Positions 1 through 13,326 of a stretch of 64,000 bases of DNA are shown piece by piece. The notes below the pieces were generated by a model. It did no database searches and had not been told where the DNA came from. It worked only from the letters and a program-made list of their open reading frames with translations. Both the position numbers and the translations under genes were made by a program. This DNA comes from Lingula anatina. Its lineage: Eukaryota > Animalia > Brachiopoda. The stretch spans positions 62,474,788 to 62,538,787 of the forward strand of contig CM120640.1 in the NCBI GenBank assembly GCA_051362555.1, in the 5' to 3' direction. How positions within the stretch are numbered: the stretch's first letter is position 1; every line of letters begins with the position of its first letter.

Positions 1-2095
1 GCAAGTCAGGCTATGTTGCAAGAAGGTATGTTTCTGTATCTTCAATTTTTTGTTTTTTATAGTTATGATTAACCTCAGTGAACATGAGAAACTTGTATAA
101 AATAATCAAGTCCATATAAATAGTTTCATTTTGTTTGTTTTGAATTCTTTCTTCAGATATGGAAGATGAAGTCATAAGTGGAAGCCTGACAGTAACAATT
201 CACAGGCTTCAGGGACTACATGGGCTAAGTGGTAGGTGTACAATGGTTCTTGTATTAAACTGGAATTCAACAAACAGTTATTGTATTAAAATGCAAATTT
301 ATCACTGATGCTTGATTCCAGGCACAGGTATGATTTCATGCCTGCTTTGGCTCCTACTTGGAACAAAGCATTCTATTTTTTATGTCTTTACAAAAAATCT
401 TGACTGGAGTTCATATTTAGGTTAAATATAAATTGTGTTGTATGAATGGTGCAATGCAATCCGTCATTCCATTTTGATTTATTTAAGTTTCATTTGAGAC
501 AGGTTATATGATTTTGAAAATGCACATGTCAGTCCTGCTATTACTCTGTTAAAATAAAGTTAATTTTGCCATTTCAGACACATTCTGTTCAATGGAGGTC
601 GATACTTTTGGCCACTTTTATCCCATCGCTAAAACTAACACTTGCAACAGCTCCATGGAGCCTGAGTGGAATCAGGTAAGTTTTTATTTTAAAATTGCTG
701 TTCTAAACTATGTACACAAATTTTACAAACATGTCACATTTGTTGACTTTTGCCGAAATTCTGAACTGCATTTCTAGAAAGATATAAATTATTTATGATA
801 ATTACTAAGATCGCATTCACAATGAGTTGAGCCAAGCTTTACAAATCCTGGGGACTAAATATGGCGATCGTACATTAAAGAAAAACCGCCTAATCTTTTA
901 ACAGTCTCTCCGCCTCTAACACGCCTCCCCACATGTCGTCCCTGCGGGGGGACAGTCATTAAATCTCGGCTCCATTGGGACAACACATGGGGAGGCGTGT
1001 GAGAGGCAGAGAGACTATTAAAAGATTAGGCGGTTTTTCTTTCATGTACGTCTGCCATATTTAGTCCCCAGGATTTGTAAAGCCTGGCTCAACTCGTTGT
1101 GAATGCGATTTAAGTTTTTTCCTAACTTGAGTGGATTATCACGTGACACATGTATATTTTTCCACACTTATTGTTGACCTTTGTGGGTCAATGTCTGAAC
1201 TAGAAATATCATCTTAGAAAGTTGTTTTCCAGACATTTGAGATAGATTTGGAGGGCTCTCACACATTGCGAATCATGTGCTACAGACAGGTAGATCAAGA
1301 GGATGAGCTACTGGGCAAGAGTGCATTGGAAGTAAGTGGACATATCTTTTCATTTTGTGTATGAAGGATACTGTAAGCATTTGCAAAAACTCCTTATTAA
1401 CTTCCTTACATACATTCTTTTGGATAAAAGACAAATCTTCAGTGTCCAGTAAGTAAATTGATAAGCATTTACACTCGTGTCATCTTAGGGGTGACATAAT
1501 AATTGGGATTAGTTCAGATTTTATCGTTGATAAAGCAAAATTAGGCCTGTTTAATGAAAGTCTGTAATAAGGGGTTCATAACTCCATAACAAAAACATTT
1601 AAACAAAAAGGGTGGCACAGGATTGAATCCCATACACTTGTTGTCAACCAATTTCCATGATAAAATTTTGTTCAGGGATGAAGTTACACTCCATACCGAT
1701 TGCTATCTCACCTCAAAATAGAAAAAAAATTGCCTACTCTTATTCAGAGCAACAAGAAATATAAACTCCAATATCTTATATTAGGATTTTTTTATTGTTT
1801 TAAATCAGCACAAAGGTAGATGCCTTATTGAATAATTAGATGCAGGAAAAACCTCATACTGGTATCTGGTTGATAATAGATTCTTACAGTTCCTGTAAAA
1901 CTTTATCAGATGTGTGTGCGCTTATACACACATAACAGTTAATCACATATGATTATTGCTGGATTTTATTCAGTGAATTAACAGTAAGATGATTGTTTGT
2001 TAGATTGAATAATGTATCGAGTATCACTTATGGTTTTTCTATTTGACATATATTGCATTCTGACAAACTATTACAACCATGTATTCCACCAAACT

Positions 2096-2142
<47 letters not shown>

Positions 2143-4379
2143 TAGAGATATGTCTGTATAAGCATAAATTAAAGATGTTTTATCTTTTCAGCTAAGCAAG
2201 GACTGGTTGATAAGAGGAGACTTTAAAGAGAAGACAATCTCCATAAACTCAACCAATGAACTGTCTTTAACTGTCTCTATTCGCTACACTTCGCCACAAC
2301 ACACCATCAAGAGAAGGGTGTCCAGAATCAAAACAGGGCTGTTTGGAGTAAGAATTAGTGATACCTGCAAGTGAGTACACATTCCTTTACTGGATCTTCT
2401 TTTTGATGAGCTTTTAACTTTGCTATTAACCAAATACAACTGCTTTACACGTTTTTAGTACAATCATTGAAGATAAACATAAATATTAACTGACCAAACT
2501 TGTCTTCTATCAGGTGCCAATTTGGAGAGCACACTGTTGCAATGTCCCTATTGCAGTGTATGCCAAATAGTCTTAACTAAGATGTTTTCAGTGTGCAGTG
2601 ATTCTATAAATGTGGAATTGCCTATTTCAGCTTGGCATATAAATGTAGCAAATACATACATACTTTTTTATCTAAATTGCAGAAGGGAAAAGAGGCCTTT
2701 ACCACTAATAGTAGAAGCATGCTGTAGAGAAATAGAGAGAAGAGGTAAAGAATTGTGTTTGTTTTAACTTTAAAGAATCATTTTATTTTTGCAAATCACC
2801 AATGCCTGTAGGTATCCTGCTTTTTGTATTAAAATCCATTCTTTAAGTTAACAGTAAAACTCCTTGAGTTCAACTGAATGAATTTTATCCTCATCATTGA
2901 AGTGTAAATCTGTTTCAGTTACTATTTTGTTTTTGAAAAATAACTGACTTTCACCAAATTAGAATTGAATTGAGATGAATATTGTAGGAATTGTAGTTTT
3001 ATTAAAGTGAATGTAAATCTTCATATTTGCAGGGTTAACGTGTCTTATGTTAATGCTAAACTGATATCCTGTTTGTTCTAGGTCTTGATGAGATGGGAAT
3101 TTACCGAGTATCTGCCTCAACTGCCGATGTCCAGACACTTAAAAAGGCGTTTGAAAGAAGTAAGTTTCAGTTTTCATCAGCGGCAATGCTTATAGTTGTA
3201 AAAATTGTATGTTTCTGAATATAACGTGCCCTGAAAATTCCAACTTACTATGTCATTTTTCCACACCAGCTTGTGTTGCATTACTGTTTAGTTTGTGCAT
3301 CTTTTTGAATTGTGTGACTGTATATATTCAGCCATAGTATGAGAGTAAATAGGTTTTATTATCTCAGTGATATCTGGTTTCAGATAGCAAAGCTGGCAGT
3401 CAGTTGGTCAGTGAACTTGACATCCACGCAGTATCAGGTGTGCTCAAATTATACTTCCGTGAGCTGCCTGAAGCTGTGTTCACTGATCGCCTTTATCCAA
3501 GTTTTGTTGAGGGACTGGGTAAGTTGCTAAAAGATGTTGCCTGCATGTCATGAAACTTGCATTTGTTTTTCTTTTTGTCAAATTTACAGTTTTTTTAATA
3601 TTTAAATATGATAAGTTTTCATATTTGCTTTCAAAGATTTTTTATTGTTATTCTGCAAAATGGCATTTACAAGGTTTTGCCGCGATGTATACATTGTTAC
3701 TTTGTATTATTTTAAAATTTGGTATTAAAAACGTTCATTTTAATTGTTTAACAACTAAATGTAGGAATGATATTAATTCATCTCTCTTCAGATTTAACTG
3801 ACCCAGATGGAAAGCAGAAGTGTATGTTGGGACTACTGGCTTCCCTGCCAGAGTCTAACCTCAATACTATCCTCTTCCTCGTTAAACACCTGATTACGTA
3901 AGTATCTATATTTTTTCTCATATTTGATCAGACATAATTTTTTACCCCATTGCCTGTTCTTAATACAATACTTTTACATGAGATTTTAAAACTCATATTT
4001 GAATTGATACCAATTTTCAACTCTTCTGCTATAAACCACCTCAAATAAACCATTTGTTTTTTTCCATCTTTTTGGTACTTTGGTAGGATTTATTGTGCAG
4101 GTTATATTATGGCATACATATAATTGATTTGTAAATATTTGTTTTAGTGTGAGCAAGAAAGATGAAGTGAACAAGATGACAATTCATAACCTAGCCACTG
4201 TGTTTGGTCCAACATTGTTACGACCAGCTGTGAGGGATTCTACAATGTCACCTCTAGAGCTTCTTTCAATGGAGACCAAAGATGCCATGTTGCAGACTGG
4301 AATTTTGTTGTATTTCCTCAAATTAGCTCAGAGTGGAGTTGATCTATCAGTCAAGCCTTCCTTTGAGACAAGTTTTTAA
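1..4379 (+). CDS. BCR/ABR-family RhoGEF-RhoGAP protein, 3' part (C2 domain + RhoGAP domain); gene begins upstream of the window
   Basis: Phase-consistent GT-AG exons at <1-25, 157-231, 578-675, 1233-1331, 2192-2370, 2683-2744, 3082-3159, 3384-3518, 3792-3897, 4148-4379. The translation gives [38 protein letters not shown] (BCR/ABR C2 signature), then [56 protein letters not shown] and [19 protein letters not shown] (RhoGAP). Probably a co-ortholog of vertebrate BCR and ABR, so no symbol is given. Confidence 0.92.
809..1110. mobile_element. Fold-back MITE with 134-bp inverted arms and TAA target-site duplication (PIF/Harbinger-Tourist-like)
   Basis: 809-942 is the reverse complement of 977-1110 (about 13 mismatches by hand count), with a 34-bp spacer. 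TAA flanks at 806-808 and 1111-1113. Lies in the 676-1232 intron. Confidence 0.85.
2097..2141. repeat. poly-T tract (45 nt), intronic
   Basis: Homopolymer seen directly. Confidence 0.9.
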
Positions 4380-7300
4380 CTGACTTAATTCAAAACCTTC
4401 TTTATTTTTAAAATTTTGATATTTGGGAAATTAAACAATTGGAATTTTTTGTGAGCTGAGATTGTCTTTGTTGATTAACTTTTTTTGCATTATTTTTGAA
4501 GTAAATAAGGAAAATCAAGAAAATATTTATGGTCTGTAATCATTCAAGTATGAAATATGCCATTATATATTTTGCTATCACAATGTTTAACAGTACAGTG
4601 ATTCTTTATCAGAAGTAAGATATTCTTTATTTTAAATTGATCAGCTGAGGTTTTTCTTTGTGCTATTAGGCCATCTTTGCCTGTACTGTCTTCCAGTAAG
4701 CATGCATTGATACTTGGCTCTGTTTTATGGTGCTTTGATAACAGTTTAAGTATTATCATTAAAATGACTAATATGCAACATGTACAGCTGCTTCATATTA
4801 TTTTGTATATATTTAATATGTGATATATGTATATATATGTTATATTTATGAAAGCAGGAAGTATGCTGTACAGTGGCTGACCAGGCTGTATAACTGTAGC
4901 AGAACAGTTTGTTTTCCTGATAATTTAGAGAAAACTGTTTTCAGTGGCATGTTTTATATATTTTGTACCCTCTCGATTCAGTGACATCCTGAATACAACT
5001 GAAAAAAAAAATTAGTCAGTGTTTAAAATGGCCTCGTAATAACAATTTTCCAAATGAAATAAATTGAGAATATATTCTGAAATGAAGGAACATTAACAGA
5101 TATGGTTTATTTTCTGTAAATTTATTTAAGAGATTGTACTTTTTTTCTTTTAAGAGGAGGCGTTGAATGGAGTTATATATTTATTTGAAAAATGTTCCAC
5201 AACAGTGTTTGGAATGAAAGATACTCGATTAGTTTATCATACAAGCACCTGCATTCAGGAACGGCTCACTGTGAGCAAACTGACTGTAGTAACTGTTCAC
5301 TATGCAGACTCTCCGAGTAAGCAGGGAAGATTCACCTCTCTAGAAATGAGTAAATACCATTTACCATTCAAATACCTGACATTAGTTTGTACTTGCACTG
5401 ATGGTCTCAATTTAACAGTAAGTGCCACATGCCAGCTGGATACTATGTTGAAATTCAGTCATGTATTAAATAATTCATAAATTTTATCAAGTATGCAATG
5501 ATTGGATTTCAATTTAGTGTCCATTTGGCTATTGGACATAAAAACACAGACCTTACACAACTGGATCAGCAATCTGATTGGCTGGTTGGCTGTCTAGTTA
5601 CGAGTCCACTTAAAGAAGTTAACTGCAAGTATGAGCTGCAGGCTTGGCTATCAAATATAATATTATTACCTGGCCAGGCAGTAAAACAAAGATTTACAAT
5701 TATTAAGTGTAATTTTTTTTCTCTAGAGATTTTGGCCATTAGGTATGTTTGTTTATTCTGGAAAGCTAAGTAGGCAATTCATTTACCTCTTGTAAAGATC
5801 ATTACAATACAAAATTTGAACATTATTTAATGATACTATGTAATTTTCATGTTAATTCAAAGTGATAAAGTTTTATGCAAGGTTTACAGAACTGACATAC
5901 AATAGGCACTGCAGGAACAGGCAAATGTATGTAGTGGTGTTGGCACATCAACAGGTTATTTGACCAATAAACAATATAGCTGCCTGCACATTTCATGCTT
6001 AAATATTTTCTTCCCTTAATTAGCAGATTTAAATTTTGCAAGTTGTTGCTATGTGCAAAAGTTTGTTGAGAGTTGCCTTAAATCTATTAGCATCAGAACT
6101 TTTGATGCATGATACCAACTGTTAATTATTACAAACTTAATCCAGAATTTTGATCAGTTATTCTCAAAATGATTATTTTATAATAAAACAATAAATAATG
6201 GAAGATTTTTGTTATGAAAATCAAACATTTATTTAACTGATACATGGATGACCACCAATATTGCATCCAGAATACAAAGAAATTCTTGCCACTGAGATTT
6301 GAAAAGGTTAACACAATACATCCTCACTGTAACCAGACAGGAGCAGCAACAAAATTAGAAATGGCTGAAATTGGCCTGTCAGGGTCACAAGTTGTGAACC
6401 CCAGTGTTTGAGGACTTGTGATATCTATTTATTTCTTATATCATTTTTGATTATTATCATTACAGCCGAATATCTTACATGCTCACAAAGAGTAAATGTT
6501 TAATAGTTATAGTGTTACACAGGCTTTAATGCTCATTTCAACATTTTAATGCTCAAGGCACTGTTACTCACAGAAACAGTTTACATTTTTCATACAGGTC
6601 ACTACTGAAATGATTGTCTCTTAACACTTCCCTTTAAGGTTATAAATGTGTCAAGGTGTACAGTAAAAAGATGACTGTTGCACAAAATACAAATCTCTAT
6701 CTACACCGTAAAGCAACATGTAACAATTTAAGTATAAATCAGGTGTGAGCCCAGTGAATACTATTTTCAAAAGATCATTTCTACTTTTATACTGCAACTG
6801 AAGGTAACCTATGGTCATTCTCCTCTGCCCAGCATATTCCTTCAGTCAACATTCAATAGTTGAAACTGTGCATGATGGCATTAGAATGGATTTTTCAACA
6901 AAAGTCTAAACCTAGTGGTGCGTCACATGACTTGGTCTTGTAATGGACTGATGGAAGAATGATTTGTATATATACCTCTTTAAGGCCAGTTTGAAAGATC
7001 TGAAATAATGCTTAGCAAAGCATTGCATTTTTAAAACGGAAAAATGTAAATGTCCAAACCAATACAATATAGCCTTGTTGGAATGCCTTAGTAAATAATG
7101 CTAAAAGAAGAAGTCCAAAAATATGGAGTGGTACAGACAATACTTCTCTCCAAGTACTTCATACATGGGATCTATACAAAATGGATTTTCTGAGTGACTG
7201 CTATTGTTAATACTTGATTAAAATACTACTACTTTTAACTATTAACACTACTCTTGAGCAATCCCTATGAAATTTGTTTCTACCAGAAAAGAAACAAAAT

Positions 7301-7573
7301 TTCTGGAAGATTATTGCTGCACCTAAATGTTCTTAATTTTATATTATTTTGTAATCAAGGGACATTCCTGTATTGTACATATCACTTGCATACAGTAATA
7401 ACATTCACAGCATGAAATTCAGTAATGATTTCTGAACTTAGTCAAGAATCCTTTACTCCCACATTCTTCATTAAGGCAGAGTATTCCTAGATTCATATAA
7501 TGATCCTCACTAATTGTTTAAGAAAGATGACATCTTCTTTATCTTTCTTTCTTACACTTTTGTCAAATATGGA

Positions 7574-9569
7574 TTACTTGTAAAGAATTTTCCTCATTTG
7601 TTTGTTCTGGTCATCCACATTGGTTGTTGCTTTTTCAGTTGCTAAGTCAATTCTGTCAATCTGTTCATTTTGACGATCAATTTCTGTTCCCAGTCCTTTT
7701 CCCAAGAACTGCAGTCGGGACAGCACCCCTGACATTTCATCTGCAAAAGAGAAGAAATCAACACAGTTATTCTGTTGAAACTAAATTAAATTTCTAAAAT
7801 GCAATTTTTTTTACATGTTTTAGTCTACCTAATTAATTTTGATCATATCACGTTTTCTGATGAGCAGTAACTTACATCCTCATTACACAGAAACTTGGTC
7901 AACAAAAGTGTACACATTTCTAAAATGTCAAGGAACTGAATAAATTCTATTCTTATTTCATGAAAAAAAAAGACTCTCAAAGACTGTTATCCTGGAACAG
8001 TGTTATAACTTTCAAATTATCAGAAAAATTGTCCAGATATCTTTTTACCCAAATTTTTATCCACTTGCTCATCATAGGCATCCCTCTTCCCACCATAGGC
8101 TTGTGTCTGACCTCTCCCTGCACCCCCTACTGCCCCACGGCCCTCAGAGTTCCTTATTTTCATGGCAGGATGATTATCTGGATTATGATCTCTCTCTTGG
8201 AGGTCGCCCCGACCTGACTGACCCTCAACCCAAGTCTGCAAAGAACTTGGTTCTCTTTCTGGTATTGTTGCTGGTGGCTCTTTGTCTTTAGAAAACCAGT
8301 TCTTTATACCACCAAAAATACTTTTAATATTGTTTAAGTGTTTTTGGGAAGTTTTAGTGTCTTGATTTATTCTTGCTACTTTAGTTTCAATATTGTCGAG
8401 TTGTTCTCCCTGTCGAACAAGTTCCTGAAAGAAATAAAAATCCATGTAAACCAGAACCTTTCAAAGCGCTTCAAACAGAAAACCAAGGCTTTTTATAATT
8501 TTTATAACTACCTGAAATGAAATCAAAAGATATTTTATACTTCTGCATCAGGTTAGATTCACTTTAACAACAAAATATAATAAAGTATAATAAAGTCTTA
8601 AATGAAATAGCAGGGTATTTCACAAAAAGAAGTAGACATTTGAGTCGGTCAGTCTCAATCAATTTACGTAAATAGATGTTTTTTGTAACATATAATTCTG
8701 CATAATATTTTCTTTGCACTAGTATCCTGCACTTTAGAAAGAAATCAAATGTAATTAAAAGTGTTTCCAAATATTATACAAATATTTCATAAATATTATA
8801 TAGACTGAGTGCATAACTGGCACGAGTCAAATGTTCATTTTTGTGTGGAATATTATTTTCCTCATTCAAAATTATCCCATTTGTGTGACATGTACTTCAA
8901 ACTGACAGAGGGCAATGGCAGGAAATTAGAATACATTGGGAGCTATGATTATGTATAGTCAGTGTTATCTGTTTGACCCCTTGCACTAATAATATGTTTA
9001 TATTTGTAAAGTGATACAAAAATTAAAATATAGCAGTTATTATGAGAATTGTGCCATATGTAAAAGGATTTAAAAGCACACTCAGAAATGTTGAGAACAT
9101 GAAACTATGATATTCTGGACTTAACAATGACTTTTTTCAACTCACTGACTGTCCCACCCCCTTTCAGAAACAATTTACCAAGGTATCACAACCACCGGTT
9201 TAATCTGTTAACACTAACCAACTAATACTACTAACATCCATTTAAGTGTTTATTCAGAAGAGTGACACAAATCATGTTTTATTCAGTGTCAAGACCTATA
9301 CATAAGTAAATACCCACTTCAGCCGTATCTATGCCCATTCTTTCCGACTCGTACAAGCTGGCCATACTCCTCTGTGTGCTTTCCAATGTTCTCTCTTGTG
9401 CTGCCAGTTTTTGTTGCATAAGCCATTCTCGTCTGGAATCAGCGTCACTGGGACCTCGGTTTCCATCTCCATAGCTGTTTGACGGTCTTGATGAACTACC
9501 TGACCCCCATGGATCGTCTTCATCGTCACTATCAAAAGGGTTGGAACCTTTGCCTCTGCGCCCTGCCAT
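7574..9569 (-). CDS. SNAP29: Synaptosomal-associated protein 29 (Qbc-SNARE)
   Basis: Three coding exons 9569-9318, 8424-8049, 7740-7574 (TAA at 7574-7576). N-terminal acidic NPF motif (SNPFDSDDEDD). First SNARE motif TLESTQRSMASLYESERMGIDTAEELVRQGEQLDNIE..QKHLNNIKSIFGGIKNWF; second SNARE motif VDKNLDEMSGVLSRLQFLGKGLGTEIDRQNEQIDRI. No palmitoylation Cys cluster, as expected for SNAP29 rather than SNAP25/23. Confidence 0.93.
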
Positions 9570-9593
9570 CTCGCTGTTCGCTTTCTTCCTGAA

Positions 9594-9668
9594 TGACGTC
9601 AGAAATTAAATCTACCTCCAAAGTTAGAAGAGTGACATGAGTCACAGTGGCGTGAACGGTTGACGTAA
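9594..9668. promoter_or_regulatory. Cluster of bZIP-type motifs just upstream of the SNAP29 start codon
   Basis: TGACGTCA (9594-9601), TGAGTCA (9638-9644) and TGACGTAA (9661-9668) within 75 bp. Function not shown. Confidence 0.35.
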
Positions 9669-11372
9669 GCATTTGTTTCCCAGTAAACATTCCCACACCT
9701 CTATCAATATCAAAATATTTCCTCCCTCACAATAATGATACAAATAGCTTTTGTTATCAGAATCGAAATAGAAAATTGTGTATAGACACTGACTAAAGTG
9801 ATTCAGGGGGTGATAGGCCTACTTCTATTGTCCAGTGTGTGTATTGTCATTTCCAATTTCCCATTTTTTTCATTGAAGAGCAAACTTGCCTGTAATATTT
9901 AAGGGGGACAAATCATAATAATCTAACATTTGTTGATTCAGATAAAATGTTAATTTCACGTTTAAATCAGTAAGAAGTAGACCCTATTGCATTTGATAAC
10001 GTCGATGTTAGCACGAAAATTATGCGTTAGCTCTTTTATTTATGTTTTTATATATACAGCCTACCGGTAGACTACCTATTTATATAACACTCACGCACGA
10101 TTTTTCGTGCTGTAGGCATATCAGACAATAAAAAAAGATGACAGCAGTAAGTCCATCGAGTAAATTTGCATTTGAAAAGAACAAGTGCATGCATTTAAGT
10201 CCAATAAGTAGGAGTGCTTTAAAGGCTAAATAAACCTACATGTGTTGTGTTGAGTTCAAGACAAATTTAATTTGGGTGCAGAATAAAAAAAAAAACGCAG
10301 AATTTCGTAGTATTTCGGTATATAGTGGTATCCCATGTAGGCCCCTGTGTAGACAAGATGCCAGACCACTGTAGCATAGAGGGCGTATTGCCGCAATCAA
10401 CAATAGGTCTATCAAGAAAAAAAGGAAGAACAACCAAAACTAGCAACAAGGAAAATTTAAAGGACAGATAAAAGTCATATGAAACCTATAGAATTATAGG
10501 CAGATCATCAGCCGTAGGCTATCATGATGTTCGCGTCTCGCGCTTTCGAAGGCCCCGTTCCTTAGGCCTATATATGCCCTCTACCAGGGTCACAGATTGA
10601 TTTTCACTCGATTTTCACAGATATATCTCTGGCTTATTTATTTATCTACTTATCTGTCTTATCTTATGGATTGTCTAGATTATCTATCTATCAGAGAGAA
10701 GTGCACATAATTAGGCCCAATCTGCGGTCCTGGTAGGGCTGCATTCTTAACCTGAGTTGTCTTAAAATTTAAAAAATCATTCCCCGCATCGGTGTCTTTC
10801 AAAGATTCTGCCCATGGTTTAAGGGAAAGGGCAGATTCCAACAACGAAGACCAGTACTTTTTAATGTAGGCTATTTATCTTGCTACCAGTTAGCCTCACT
10901 ATGCCTATATGCAACTTGGAAACAGGAAAGATACCTAAGTGCGTTAGATGTGAAAACTGGTGTGATTCTAAATATCTAGGTTGAGGTTATTTAAAACATC
11001 TTTCTTAATCAAAGAGACATTCCAACACCATATAGTTGCACAGGCTCTACGTTTTCACAAATTTATAGCCTTACGCTGCAGAAATGTTTATCACGAGAAC
11101 AAAGTAAAAGGCAAATATCGAAATGCCTCCCTACGTCTGGCATGATAGCGTTTGCTGGTTTGATGATTCATGAAGCATGCATCAGGTCCTGATTGATTAT
11201 ACGCAAAATGGAAAAAAGTATCTTACGTTCATAAATCTGTTTAAAATTTTCAAATAATGGACACTTGTAGGCCTAATACATGTGTATGTTGTCAACAAAG
11301 GCCCGTCTTTGATATACCAAAATGAAACCATATCTCTCTGTTATAATAAAAATGCTCTATTATGTGCGACAT

Positions 11373-11373
11373 T

Positions 11374-11428
<55 letters not shown>

Positions 11429-11430
11429 TT
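11373..11430. repeat. (TTTA)n microsatellite
   Basis: About 14 tandem TTTA units seen directly. Confidence 0.9.
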
Positions 11431-13164
11431 GGGTGTGTATCTTAAGTAGGAATATATTTAGCAACTGTTGAACTCATATTATGAGTCAACTAAATTGGGA
11501 TACCGACAGAACTCTCAGACAATAAAACATGTAATGATTCATTAAAAAAAAAAAAAAAAAAAAAAACAATCTATTGCAGGTTCATATTTTTAGATTCATT
11601 TATATTATCAAATATGTTTTTTTTACTGCTTTTCATTCCTGTTTATCACCAGGCACATCTCTATATTTAGGTAGACGTACCGGTAACTATTTTGGCATGA
11701 CACATGTAGCATATGCCGTGGTTTCAGAAGTTGCACTACTCATAACGAGTGAGCGCGGGTTATGTAACATCTAAACGGGTTATTCCGACTTGAAAAAATA
11801 AAACAGTCTTCAGACATCATTCATTTTCATTACCTATTCGTTTACACAAGCTACTTACGTCTTGAGCCCAGTTGAAGAAAAAAAATGAAAAATGAGATAA
11901 CAGGTTCAACAATTCCAGAAAAGATTGAAGTTCAGTGCGAGATTTTGCGAGAAGCTTTCTGTGACATTTAAAAAAATTTGATTTATTGAACACTTCGTAT
12001 ATAAAGCGTTTTAAAATACTAAGTTGAATTGATACGTCGACACGATGAATCTGTGTATTGGCTGATATCGGTCTCTAAAAAACATAACGAGAACGCCATA
12101 ATGACCATTTTATGTGGCATTTCCTTTTATGAAAGAACCTGCTTAATCATCAAACTTCCGCAATTTCGAAGCTCTTATGGACTCTCAGAACAAAATCAGT
12201 ATTTGTTATCTCATTCATTCGCATCTTTGAATTGGTCCTCTTACGGATAAAACTGCTTTCTGATAAATTAAAACGTAAAAACAGGTTTTTCTCTAATTTC
12301 TGACATATATGAGCCGGCTCAATTATTCATTTGATGATCTATCCTTTTGGTTTTTTAATGATATTTGCAATTTTGATATCCAGGTAGGTCCCTATAGGGA
12401 AATGTACTAGTATTCCTTATGCTATTTAAACTGCTTCCTTCTTAAAGTAAAAAAATGGCTAGTCTGCTAACCGCATTCGACGCGCATGTAGGCACGTGTC
12501 CCCTGTCTTTTTAAATTCTCACAACAGTTTAATTTTAGGGATGCTGTTAAGTAGAATATGCAGCTAAATGTGCATAAAGTGCTCCATCTGCAAGGTTTCT
12601 GTACACGTTTTGTACTAATTAACATCTTACCACAGGCATAGAAATGAGGTTATGTACTATAACATTACTTCTCTGAAATATATCAGTATATTTTCCTGTT
12701 GTTGCGCAAGTGTTTGCAATAAAAATTTCCCGAAATGAACGTGATCAAATTGAGAATTTCTAAAATGAAAAAGAGGACACAGGTGAAGTTTTACTCCATG
12801 AAAAAGGTGAAAGCAGTCGATGTTTGCAGTCCTTGGATGTAGAATGAAAGAAAACAGATCATAGTCAACCGGAGGTAAACCTCAACCGTTTATGTTCACT
12901 TTTAAATACTATCCTAGCTACTTAAAATAAAAGCACTAAAAGCACTATTTATGTGAAAAAGATTAACTCCAAGACGTGGGTCTAAAATGTATAAGTCAAA
13001 AGAAAGCCATGTTACCGAAAAGCATTACATCACCAGATGATTAAAAGACCTTTCCTTGTTCGCTCCCCTAAAGTAAATGGGACATTTCATGCCTCGGAGT
13101 GATGTAGGATGCGTCATAAAAGGGGTACGACTGTTCCTTTCTCTCCTATTCGGCGCGTCTGGTG

Positions 13165-13205
13165 TAGTGTCAAGTAAAGTTAACTTAGTGTCAAGTAAAG
13201 TTAAC
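13165..13205. repeat. Perfect 20-bp tandem duplication TAGTGTCAAGTAAAGTTAAC x2
   Basis: Copies at 13165-13184 and 13186-13205, about 120 bp upstream of the putative TLR TATA box. Confidence 0.85.
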
Positions 13206-13326
13206 CGTAGCAGGTAACCCTCTAAGCCCGAGACAGTGAAGTCACCGTCGATATCAAGTGTTTTGTTTAACTTCATGAGATCGGGGTTATTGTATTCACA
13301 CTGGCTTCATGGTGTTTATCTGGACG

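Noticed and set aside
1485-1740. Repeat-like intronic stretch containing AAGGGGTTCATAACTCC
   Set aside because: Reminiscent of invertebrate interspersed repeats, but no termini, TSD or second copy is visible in the window.
12721-13088. NF-kB-like sites upstream of the TLR promoter (AAAAATTTCCC, GGGACATTTC)
   Set aside because: Imperfect matches to GGGRNNYYCC, expected by chance in several kb.
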